This document shows positions 27,128 to 35,695 of a DNA stretch of 64,000 nucleotides, piece by piece (within the stretch, counting starts at the first letter, position 1; every line of letters starts with the position of its first letter). The translations under genes and the position numbers were made by a program. The notes beneath the pieces are model-generated. The model had not been told where the DNA came from and made no database searches. It was given only the letters and a program-made list of their open reading frames with translations. This stretch comes from Chromatiales bacterium (lineage in GTDB: Bacteria > Pseudomonadota > Gammaproteobacteria > JAHELT01), in assembly GCA_024644045.1 (NCBI GenBank), contig JAHELT010000004.1, positions 1,974 through 65,973 on the forward strand, written 5' to 3'.

Positions 27128-27658
27128 GTGTACCGAAACACCGACCGAATTGCGCTGCTCGCCTGCGTTGTGCTCGCGCTGGCAGCCTGCCGCGCGGGCG
27201 GTTTGCGCGGTACCGGTTCGCCGCTGGAACTATCGATAACGACCCACCTTGGCGACGCTCAGGTTTTCCGTGAAGGCGATCCGCTGTCGTTTTTCATCAG
27301 CCTCGGCAGCGACGCGCACGTGATGCTCGTGTACGAGGACGCCACCGGCGGGATGAGCCAGATCGTGCCCAATCCGGGTTTCGAAACGATGTTCGTGCGG
27401 GCCGGTGACTTCATCAGCATGCCGCCGCCGGACGCGTCGTTCACGTTGCGGGTCAGTGCGCCGTTCGGAACCGAACGCGCGTGGTTGTTCGCGAGCGAGC
27501 AGCCTTTGCCGGGGCTGCAGAACCGCACGGCTGACGATGGCAGCCTGCGCGTGTCCGGTGGCGTGGCATCGGTGCGTCAGCGTCTGCGCGAGCACGCGGT
27601 GCGTAACGGTGCCCGCTTCGGTGAGGCCAGCGTGAGTCTCACCACGCGGCCGAACTGA
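27128..27658 (+). CDS. DUF4384-like lipoprotein
   Basis: Lipobox LAAC; FREGDPLSF..DAHVML.YEDATG..QIVPN..PFGTE..FAS..PL pattern. Confidence 0.75.
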   Translation: MYRNTDRIALLACVVLALAACRAGGLRGTGSPLELSITTHLGDAQVFREGDPLSFFISLGSDAHVMLVYEDATGGMSQIVPNPGFETMFVRAGDFISMPPPDASFTLRVSAPFGTERAWLFASEQPLPGLQNRTADDGSLRVSGGVASVRQRLREHAVRNGARFGEASVSLTTRPN

Positions 27659-27681
27659 AACGTTCGCGTTCCGCGCTTACC

Positions 27682-28437
27682 TTACAGAATCTGACTCAGG
27701 AACTCCTGGGTGCGTGGATCGGTCGCGTTCTTGAAGAACGTGCTCGGCGGTCCGTGCTCGACGATCACGCCGCGGTCGGTGAAATAGATGTGATCGGCGA
27801 TTTCCCGGGCAAAGCCCATCTCGTGCGTGACCAGGATGCAGGTCATACCTTCCTGAGCCAGCTCCTTGATCGTGATCAGCACTTCCTTGACCGTTTCCGG
27901 GTCGAGTGCGGCGGTGACCTCATCGAACAGCATGATGTCCGGGCGCATCGCGAGTGAGCGGGCGATCGCCACACGCTGCTGCTGACCGCCGGAGAGTTCA
28001 CCGGGATAGCTGTGCTCCTTGCCATCGAGTCGCACTTTCTTGAGCAACTTCAGCGCCCGTTCCTGAACCTCGTCTTTTGGCTCCTTCAGCACCTTGACCG
28101 GCGCCATCATGACATTCTCCAGCGCCGTCTTGTGCGGGAACAGGTTGTACTGCTGGAACACCATGCCGACTTTCTGGCGCAGCTCGAGCTTGTCCAGATT
28201 CTTGTCGTGGACTTCCTGGCCCTCGACTTTGATGGAGCCTCCCTGAATGTCGTTCAGCGCGTTGATGCAGCGGATCAGCGTGGATTTTCCGGAGCCCGAC
28301 GGTCCGATGATGCAGATCACCTCGCCTTTGCGAACGTCGAGAGAGATGCCTTTGAGCACTTCGAGGTTGCCAAACGACTTGTGCACGTCGCGCATCGAGA
28401 CGATGGGCTGATCGGGGGTCCACTGGGTGGTGTTCAT
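27682..28437 (-). CDS. Polar amino acid ABC transporter ATP-binding protein
   Basis: GPSGSGKST, LSGGQQQR, MLFDE, VTHEM. Confidence 0.95.
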   Translation of the reverse strand: MNTTQWTPDQPIVSMRDVHKSFGNLEVLKGISLDVRKGEVICIIGPSGSGKSTLIRCINALNDIQGGSIKVEGQEVHDKNLDKLELRQKVGMVFQQYNLFPHKTALENVMMAPVKVLKEPKDEVQERALKLLKKVRLDGKEHSYPGELSGGQQQRVAIARSLAMRPDIMLFDEVTAALDPETVKEVLITIKELAQEGMTCILVTHEMGFAREIADHIYFTDRGVIVEHGPPSTFFKNATDPRTQEFLSQIL

Positions 28438-28455
28438 GCGGTGTGTTCCCGGGTC

Positions 28456-29352
28456 TCAGAGTTTCACGGTAAAGCGCCTTTCCAGCGCGATGGTCAGCCG
28501 GGCGATCGGATAGCAGTAGGCAAAGAAAATCAACAGTGCGAAGGTGTAAAATGGCACCAGCAACTCGGGGTGATTGTCCTCGGCTTCAATGGCCTGGCGG
28601 CTGAGCGTGATCAGCTCTTCGACGCCGAGCAGCGAGCAAAGCGGGGTGGCCATGGTCAGAATGGCATACCAGTTCATCCATGGCGGAATCATGCGCTTGA
28701 AGCACTGCGGCAGAATGATCTGCCAGAGTGTCTGCGTGCGCGTGTAGGCGAGCGACTCGGCGGCCTCCCATTGTCCGCTGGGTACCGACTGCACGGCCCC
28801 GCGAACGACTTCCGAGATGTTGGCCATGATCGGTAGCGCCAGCCCGAACACGGCTTTCATCCAGTCGGGTATCACGATACGTATGGCGCCGATCTCGACC
28901 TCGAACGGGAAGGCCAGCAGCACGATGAACAGCAGCACCAGCCACGGTGAGTTGCGAAATGCCTGGGTCAATGACTTGGCGACTATGCGCACCGGTGTGT
29001 GCACCGAAATCTGCGCAAGCCCCAGCAGGACGCCGGCCAGCGTCCCGATCAGCATGGTCATTACCGAGATCACCACGTTGAACAGGAAACCGCTGGTCAC
29101 CAGAAACGGCAACCATTTGAACAGCGCGCGGGTGGCTTCGGTGTAGGTGTAACCGGATTGGGCCTGCGCGAGCGCGGGCCACAGCACGCACAGCGCCGCG
29201 GCCAGCGGCCAGAACCAGACAGGCAGGGCAGCCAGCCAGCGGCAGAAGCCGACAGGGTCGTTACCGGCAAGGCGGCGGCTATCGACCGCCAGGAGCACGG
29301 GGAGGTCCGTTGCGCTGCTCGCGGTGACCCCCGGAATGCGACGACCGGCCAC
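28456..29352 (-). CDS. Polar amino acid ABC transporter permease
   Basis: FRNSPWLV, EVVRGAVQSVPSGQWEAA (EAA loop). Confidence 0.9.
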   Translation of the reverse strand: MAGRRIPGVTASSATDLPVLLAVDSRRLAGNDPVGFCRWLAALPVWFWPLAAALCVLWPALAQAQSGYTYTEATRALFKWLPFLVTSGFLFNVVISVMTMLIGTLAGVLLGLAQISVHTPVRIVAKSLTQAFRNSPWLVLLFIVLLAFPFEVEIGAIRIVIPDWMKAVFGLALPIMANISEVVRGAVQSVPSGQWEAAESLAYTRTQTLWQIILPQCFKRMIPPWMNWYAILTMATPLCSLLGVEELITLSRQAIEAEDNHPELLVPFYTFALLIFFAYCYPIARLTIALERRFTVKL

Positions 29353-29356
29353 CGCG

Positions 29357-30115
29357 CTAGCCCCCGTAGCCCGGAATGCGCATCGCCCGCTCCCAGCGGT
29401 GCATGCTGTAGACCAGCACCCCGACCAGCAGGATGAACAACAGAAACAGGACCAGCATTGTGGGGTAAAGCGCGCTCGGGTAATCGTTCCAGATGCCTAC
29501 GCACTGGTACAGCAGCTCCGGTACCGCGATGCCGATGGCCTGCGTCGTGGTCTTCACCAGGTTGACCAGGTTGTTGTTCAAGGCGGGCAGACAAACGCGA
29601 AACGCCAGCGGCAGCACTACCTCGGTGTAGGTCTGCAGCCGGCTGAAGCCAAGCGAAGATGCCGCCTCTTTGGTCGATTCCGGCACCGCCTCGATCCCGG
29701 CTCGGAAGATCTCGACGTTGAACGCGCCGGCGAAGAACGACAGCGACACGATGGCCCACCCGACGTTCGAGATGATCGGCTCCACCGTCCAGCCGTCGGC
29801 GGCGGTGATGGTCGGCGTGAACTGGCCGAGCGCGAAGTAGAAAAACAGCAGCTGCACGAACGGCGGCGTGTTACGGAAGAACTGGATATAGCCCTGCACT
29901 ACCGAGCGCACCAGCCGGCTGGGTGAACCCTGCAGCCAGGCCCCGGCAACGCCGATAACCACGGAGAATATCAGGCAGGCAACCGACAGCCAGACCGTGT
30001 AGTAGAAACCGCTGAGCAACCGGTTCCACTGCCGCTCGTCGTGAAAGAAAACGAAATTCCAGCGTGGGTAGTCTTCCGCCAGCTGGCGGAAGAATTCAAT
30101 GAACAGGTCGAGCAT
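29357..30115 (-). CDS. Polar amino acid ABC transporter permease
   Basis: FRNTPPFVQL, EIFRAGIEAVP..EAA. Confidence 0.9.
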   Translation of the reverse strand: MLDLFIEFFRQLAEDYPRWNFVFFHDERQWNRLLSGFYYTVWLSVACLIFSVVIGVAGAWLQGSPSRLVRSVVQGYIQFFRNTPPFVQLLFFYFALGQFTPTITAADGWTVEPIISNVGWAIVSLSFFAGAFNVEIFRAGIEAVPESTKEAASSLGFSRLQTYTEVVLPLAFRVCLPALNNNLVNLVKTTTQAIGIAVPELLYQCVGIWNDYPSALYPTMLVLFLLFILLVGVLVYSMHRWERAMRIPGYGG

Positions 30116-30143
30116 CAACCTACCGGTGTCTGACAGCAAAGTG

Positions 30144-30171
30144 CCCGGGGCTGCGCCGGCGCGGCCCCGGG
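30144..30171. other. GC-rich intercistronic hairpin after the solute-binding protein gene
   Basis: CCCGGGGCTGCGC..GCGCGGCCCCGGG near-perfect inverted repeat. Confidence 0.55.
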
Positions 30172-30201
30172 GCGATCATACGAGGCGTGTCCGCCGGCAG
30201 C

Positions 30202-31041
30202 CTACTTGACCAGCCAGTCGGAGAAACGCTCCTTCTGCTTGGCCAGGTACTGGGTCGGCTTGATGCCCCACTTTTGCTCGAGCTCGATCAGCTTGCCGCT
30301 CTGGTGCAGGTTGTACGTCAGTCCGGACATGAAGTTACCGAAGACGCAGTCCTTTTCCGCCAGCGGCACGGCCATGCCCCAGGGGTTGTCGTCCTCGGAG
30401 CTCAGCGGCATCTCGAACTGGTCGAAGTTGCCGGAAGCCAGATCCGAGCCGATCGAGGAATCGTCGTACACCCAGGCCACGCACTTTTTGTCGCGCAGCG
30501 CCTGCTTGGCTTCGGCATTGCCGGTGAAGGCAACGACTTCGACGCCGTAGCGTTCGGTGACGACCTTGTTGTAGAAAGCACCCTGCTTGCCGCAGACTTT
30601 CTTGCCGCGCAGCTGTTCCCACTTCTCGAAGCCGAGCGCTTTCGGCGCCATGATGTTGGTGCCCGAGGTGTAGTAGTTGGGCTGCACGATGCCGACGATC
30701 TTGCGGCGGTCCGGGCGGTCAGACATGGTTGCGATCATCATGTCGATCTTACCCTGCTCCAGAAACTGCATGCGGTTGGAGGACTGAACCGCGACGACTT
30801 CCAGGTCCACGCCCATGGCGTCGGCAGCCATTTTGGCAAAGTCGACCTCCATGCCCACGATGTTGCCGCTGCTGTCGCGGAAGCCCCACGGCTTGTAGTC
30901 GGCCTTGACGCCGACTACCACCTTGCCGCGCTGCATGACTTTCTTCCAGGTGTCGTTGGTGCATTGGGCCGCGTGCGCGGGCATCGAGCTGATGCCGAGC
31001 GTCAGCAGGCACGCGGCCGCGCCGTTCAAGAGCTTGTTCAT
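30202..31041 (-). CDS. Polar amino acid ABC transporter substrate-binding protein (family 3)
   Basis: Signal peptide, VGVKADYKPWG, SSNRMQFL..GKID, GGAGG RBS. Confidence 0.92.
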   Translation of the reverse strand: MNKLLNGAAACLLTLGISSMPAHAAQCTNDTWKKVMQRGKVVVGVKADYKPWGFRDSSGNIVGMEVDFAKMAADAMGVDLEVVAVQSSNRMQFLEQGKIDMMIATMSDRPDRRKIVGIVQPNYYTSGTNIMAPKALGFEKWEQLRGKKVCGKQGAFYNKVVTERYGVEVVAFTGNAEAKQALRDKKCVAWVYDDSSIGSDLASGNFDQFEMPLSSEDDNPWGMAVPLAEKDCVFGNFMSGLTYNLHQSGKLIELEQKWGIKPTQYLAKQKERFSDWLVK

Positions 31042-31207
31042 GACTGTTTCCTCCCGTTGGGGTTTTATACGGCGGCCCGGGGGCCGCCTTGTTCGACGAT
31101 ATTGCGGTCAGGCGCGACGGTAACCTTCGGGCACGTGCTGCGCAAGCGTCCGGCGGAAAATCCGTGCCGCACGCCCGCGCGCGGGATTCGGTTACACGGG
31201 GTGACAC

Positions 31208-31240
31208 TATTATGCATAATCTGGTGATTTATGCATAATA
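31208..31240. promoter_or_regulatory. Tandem palindromic operator (TTATGCATAA x2), likely GntR site
   Basis: ATTATGCATAAT at 31209-31220 and TTATGCATAA at 31229-31238, AT-rich in a GC-rich context, between the divergent ABC operon and gntR. Confidence 0.75.
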
Positions 31241-31269
31241 AGGCGTTGAGCGGTTCCGAACGGTGGCAA

Positions 31270-31932
31270 ATGGGCCAGAGCAAAAAGGAGCTGGTGAAGG
31301 CGCGTCTGGTGCGGGCGATCGCCATCGGCGAGTACCCGCCCGGTACCTTCCTGCGCCAGAACGCCGTGGCCGAGGCGTTCGGCCTGTCCAGCACCCCGGT
31401 GCGCGAGGCGTTCACGGACCTGCAGGCCAGCGGGTTGCTGGTCCACGCGAATCACCGCGGGTTTCATGTCGTGGAGCTGGACGAACGGCGAGTGGTCAGC
31501 GTTTACCAGGCCCGGCGCATCGTCGAACCCGCGGCTGCCAGGCTGGCGGTCGACTTCGTGCGTGACGCGGATGTTCGCGGGCTGCACGCCGAGCTGGCAG
31601 AGCTGCGGCGGTTAAGGCGCACCGGGGAACTTCCGGCAATGATCGCAGCCAACGAGCGCCTGCAGCGGAGTCTCTACGCGCTGTGCGGTAACGCGTTTCT
31701 GGTGGAAGCCATCGTGCGGCTTTGGAACAGCATCCCGCGCTACCTGCCGTGGGTTCTCGACGCGCGCCAGGACGCCTCGCTCGCCGAACACTCGACCATA
31801 CTCGACGCGCTTGCGGTGCGCGATGCACAACGCGTCGAAAGTGCGGTCGAGCGACACCTGCAAAACGCACAAGCCGCGTTCACCGCGTATCTCGGGACCG
31901 CCGCGCCGCGTGCACTGGCGCCGGTGGAATGA
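31270..31932 (+). CDS. GntR family regulator (FCD domain)
   Basis: wHTH YPPG..LRQ..VA..FGLSSTPVREA; FCD domain with GNAFL and SLAEH. Confidence 0.9.
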   Translation: MGQSKKELVKARLVRAIAIGEYPPGTFLRQNAVAEAFGLSSTPVREAFTDLQASGLLVHANHRGFHVVELDERRVVSVYQARRIVEPAAARLAVDFVRDADVRGLHAELAELRRLRRTGELPAMIAANERLQRSLYALCGNAFLVEAIVRLWNSIPRYLPWVLDARQDASLAEHSTILDALAVRDAQRVESAVERHLQNAQAAFTAYLGTAAPRALAPVE

Positions 31933-33248
31933 ACGGCGAGCTGCGTGACGCCGCGCGCGAGTATCTGATCCGGTACGGCGGGGATCGCTTCGAGCAGCTG
32001 TTTACCCGCGCGATCGGCAGCCGCGTGTTCGATGACACCGGCCGGGAGATCCTCGATTTCACCTCGGGTCAGATGTGCGCCACTCTCGGTCACAACCACC
32101 CGGCCATCGTGCGCGCGATTCAAGCGGCGGGCGAGCAAGCGTTGCACCTGTTCTCGGGCATGGTGCCGGAGGTGGTTGCGCAGCTGGCGAGGACGCTCGC
32201 CGAGGACTGGCTGCCCGCGCCGCTGCGCAAATCGCTGCTCGTCAACACCGGCTCCGAGAGCAACGAGGCGGCGCTGCGACTGGCGAAGCTGTACACCGGC
32301 GGCTATGAAGTGCTGGCCATCGGCGGCTCCTGGCACGGCGTGACCGGTGGCGCGGCCTCAGTCTCGTTCGCCAGCGACCGTCGCGGTTACGGCCCGCCCG
32401 TGCCGGGCGTCCACGTGATTCCCGAACCCAATGTCTACCGTCCGCCGATACCCGCGCCTACCGGCGCGCAGGCGGCGATGGCCTGCCTCGAGATGGGCCT
32501 GCGCCAGTTCGACATGCAGACCCGTGGCGCCCCGGCTGCCATCATCGTCGAGCCGGTGATCAGCGCCGGCGGTGTGATCGTGCCTCCGCGCTGTTTCATG
32601 CAGGGCCTGCGCGAGGCCGCTGACGAGCGCGGGATGCTGCTGATTTTCGACGAGGCGCAGACGGCATTCGGGCGCATCGGCGAGACGTTCGGCGCGATCT
32701 ATCATGGCGTCGTTCCCGATATCATGACGCTTTCGAAAACCCTCGGTGGCGGTGTGCCGCTGGCGGCCACGGTGACCTCCGAACGCATCGAGGAGCGAGC
32801 GCATGCGGCCGGCTTCTCGTTTTACACCAGTCACGTCTCCGATCCGCTTCCCGCCCGGGTCGGCCTCGCCGTGCTGCACACGATCCGCAGCGAGCAGCTG
32901 ATCGAGCGTGCCCGGTGCCAGGGCGCCTACCTGCGCGAGCAACTGCTCGAGCTTCAGCGGCGGCACGAAGCGATCGGGGACGTGCGCGGCGCCGGCCTGT
33001 TACTCGGCGTCGAGCTGGTCAAGGACCGCCACACCCGAACGCCCGATCACGAACTCGGTGCGCTCACCACCGCGCGCTGCTTCGAGCTGGGGCTGTCCAT
33101 GAACATCCGGCGCCGGCCGGAACGCGGCGCCGTCTGGCGGATAGCACCGCCACTCACCGTGTCGACCGAGGAGATCGATCGCGCGGTGGCGATGCTGGAT
33201 CAGGCGTTGACGGAAAGCGTACAGGCGCTGGCGCAGCGAGCCCGGTGA
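31929..33248 (+). CDS. dgdA: Class III PLP enzyme, 2,2-dialkylglycine decarboxylase-like
   Basis: LDFTSGQM..LGHNHP, TGSESNE, SWHG.T, DEAQT, TLSKTLG, YTSHVSDPLPA and RIAPPL match the DGD subfamily pattern. Confidence 0.7.
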   Translation: MNGELRDAAREYLIRYGGDRFEQLFTRAIGSRVFDDTGREILDFTSGQMCATLGHNHPAIVRAIQAAGEQALHLFSGMVPEVVAQLARTLAEDWLPAPLRKSLLVNTGSESNEAALRLAKLYTGGYEVLAIGGSWHGVTGGAASVSFASDRRGYGPPVPGVHVIPEPNVYRPPIPAPTGAQAAMACLEMGLRQFDMQTRGAPAAIIVEPVISAGGVIVPPRCFMQGLREAADERGMLLIFDEAQTAFGRIGETFGAIYHGVVPDIMTLSKTLGGGVPLAATVTSERIEERAHAAGFSFYTSHVSDPLPARVGLAVLHTIRSEQLIERARCQGAYLREQLLELQRRHEAIGDVRGAGLLLGVELVKDRHTRTPDHELGALTTARCFELGLSMNIRRRPERGAVWRIAPPLTVSTEEIDRAVAMLDQALTESVQALAQRAR

Positions 33249-33261
33249 AGCGCGCACGCTG

Positions 33262-35673
33262 ATGCCCGCGCACACGGTACCACCCGCTCACGTATCGACG
33301 CTCGTGATTGGCGGCGGCGCGATGGGCTGCTCCACCCTGTATCATCTGGCGCGCCTCGGCGACCGCGATGCGGTGCTGCTGGAGCGCAACCAGCTCACGT
33401 CCGGAACCACCTGGCATTCGGCGGCCCAGGTACGCCAGCTGCGCTCGAGTCGCAATCTCACCCGCCTGATACAGTACAGCGCGCAGCTCTACGCGACGCT
33501 GGGGGAGGAGACCGGACAGCAGACCGGATGGCAGCGCACGGGCTCGCTGTCAATCGCGACCAACGCCGAGCGGCTCACGCATATTCACCGCCAGGCGGCG
33601 CTGGCGCGCGCTTACGGAGTGGCGGCGCACGCGATCGATGCCGCGGAGACGCAACGCCTGTGGCCGTTGATGCATACGGGTGACGTGATCGGTGCCGTGT
33701 ACTGCCCGGACGACGGCCGCGTAAACCCCAGCGATCTGTGCATGGCGCTTGCGAAAGGCGCGCGTGCCGGCGGCGCCCGTATTTATGAGCAGACCCCGGT
33801 CACGGGGTTCCTCAGGCGCGGCTCGCGGGTCGTGGGAGTGCGTACCGTGCACGGTGAAGTACACGCCGAGAACACGGTGATCTGCGCCGGCCTGTGGAGT
33901 CGAGAGCTGGCCGCGGAGGCCGGCGTTGCTGTGCCCGTCCAGGCGTGTGAGCATTTCTACCTGTTGACGCAACCGATCGACGGCGTCGACCGGCAACTGC
34001 CCACTTTGTCCGACCACGATGCGCACCTGTACATCCGCGAGGACGTCGGCGGGCTGCTGGTCGGCTGCTTCGAGCCGCTCGGCAAGCCGATCGAGGCGCA
34101 GCGCCTGGGGCCCGAGTTCGCGTTTGCACTGCTCGATGAGGACTGGGACCATTTCGAGCCGATGCTGGTGAATGCGATGCATCGCATCCCGGCGCTGCAC
34201 GGTGCGCGGGCGCGCACGTTGTTGAACGGTCCCGAGAGCTTTACCCCGGACGGGTCTTTCATCCTCGGCGAATCGACGCTGCCCGGTCTCTATCTGGGTT
34301 GCGGCATGAACTCGGTCGGCATCGCTACCGCGGGCGGTGCGGGTTCCGCGCTCGCACAGTGGCTGGTGGACGGCAAGGCCCCATTTCACCTGGGCGAAGT
34401 GGACCCGCAGCGGTTTCATGCGGTGGAGAATACGCTCGAGGTGCTGCTGGCGCGCGCGCCCGAAGTGCTCGGCAAGCACTACGAGATCGCCTACCCGGGT
34501 CGCCAGTGGCGCAGCGCGCGTAACCTGCGCAAATCCCCGGTGCACGCGTGCCTGGTGCAGGGGGGTGCGCATCTTGCCCAGGTGTTTGGCTGGGAACGCG
34601 CGCAGTACTTCGACAGCGACGGCGAACCCGCATTGACCTTTGCGCGGCCACCCTGGTTCGATCAGGTAGCGGTCGAGGTGCGCGCGGCGCACGAGCGTGC
34701 CGGGCTGATCGACCTGTCGACGTTCGGCAAGCTCCGGGTTGCGGGCCCGGATGCGCAACCGTTCCTCGATCGGGTGTGCGCCAACGACATGTGCCGGTCG
34801 CCGGGGCGGGTGATCTACACGGCGATGCTGAACGCCGGCGGCGGTTACCAGAGCGACCTGACCGCCCTGCGTTTGAGCGACGACGAGTACCTGCTCTACG
34901 TGGGCAGCGGCGCCGTCAACCGGGATCTTGCCTGGCTGCGGCGGCATGCGGAGCGCGCACGCGTCGTCATCGAGGATTGCACCGAGCGCGCTGCCGTGCT
35001 CGGACTGGTCGGGCCCGAGGCGGCCGCCATCGTGGCTCGGCTCGGCGCCGGTCAGTTCAACCGCCTCGCTTACTTCACGCACGGTGAAGGTGTAATCGCG
35101 GGCGTGCGGGTGCGGGCGGCGCGCCTCTCATACGTTGGTGAGGCCGGCTGGGAGCTGAGCTGTGCGGCGCGCGACGCGCAACGGCTTTATGCGGCGTTGA
35201 TCACAGAAGGGGCGGCGCCGGCAGGAACTTATGCGATGAACGCCATGCGTATCGAAAAGCGGTTTGCGGCCATGGGTCACGAACTGGATGGTGACACCAC
35301 GCCTCACCAGGCGGGAATGGGCTTCAACGTCAAGCAGGATCGGCCGTTCATCGGCAGCGATGCGCTTGCGCGGCACCGCGAACGCCCGGCCGCGACGCGT
35401 CTGGTCAGCATCGTGCTGGAAGACCTGCAAGCCGTGCCGCTGGGCGATGAGCCGGTTTACCGTGACGCGCAGCTGATCGGCCAGGTCACGTCAGCGGCGT
35501 TCGGGCATCGGATCGGCGCGCCCGTGGCGCTGGCATACCTCGAGTGCGGTGCGGCGGCCGACCTCGAGGACGAGCAGGTGCAGCTGGACATCGCCGGACG
35601 GATGGTGGCCGGGCGCGTTCGGTGCAGGGCGGTTTTTGACCCCGACGGGGTGCGCATGCGTGCGACGGGCTGA
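33262..35673 (+). CDS. GcvT-family FAD-dependent oxidoreductase (dimethylglycine/sarcosine dehydrogenase-like)
   Basis: GGGAMG, LTSGTTWHSAA, NGPESFTPD, GWER, DLSTFGK, SYVGEAGWEL, RIEK. Confidence 0.9.
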   Translation: MPAHTVPPAHVSTLVIGGGAMGCSTLYHLARLGDRDAVLLERNQLTSGTTWHSAAQVRQLRSSRNLTRLIQYSAQLYATLGEETGQQTGWQRTGSLSIATNAERLTHIHRQAALARAYGVAAHAIDAAETQRLWPLMHTGDVIGAVYCPDDGRVNPSDLCMALAKGARAGGARIYEQTPVTGFLRRGSRVVGVRTVHGEVHAENTVICAGLWSRELAAEAGVAVPVQACEHFYLLTQPIDGVDRQLPTLSDHDAHLYIREDVGGLLVGCFEPLGKPIEAQRLGPEFAFALLDEDWDHFEPMLVNAMHRIPALHGARARTLLNGPESFTPDGSFILGESTLPGLYLGCGMNSVGIATAGGAGSALAQWLVDGKAPFHLGEVDPQRFHAVENTLEVLLARAPEVLGKHYEIAYPGRQWRSARNLRKSPVHACLVQGGAHLAQVFGWERAQYFDSDGEPALTFARPPWFDQVAVEVRAAHERAGLIDLSTFGKLRVAGPDAQPFLDRVCANDMCRSPGRVIYTAMLNAGGGYQSDLTALRLSDDEYLLYVGSGAVNRDLAWLRRHAERARVVIEDCTERAAVLGLVGPEAAAIVARLGAGQFNRLAYFTHGEGVIAGVRVRAARLSYVGEAGWELSCAARDAQRLYAALITEGAAPAGTYAMNAMRIEKRFAAMGHELDGDTTPHQAGMGFNVKQDRPFIGSDALARHRERPAATRLVSIVLEDLQAVPLGDEPVYRDAQLIGQVTSAAFGHRIGAPVALAYLECGAAADLEDEQVQLDIAGRMVAGRVRCRAVFDPDGVRMRATG

Positions 35674-35695
35674 TGCGCCCCCACGGGTTCCGGAC

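Noticed and set aside
31722-31928. N-terminal extension of the class III aminotransferase
   Set aside because: It overlaps gntR; the ATG at 31929 (ATGA overlap) fits the family length.
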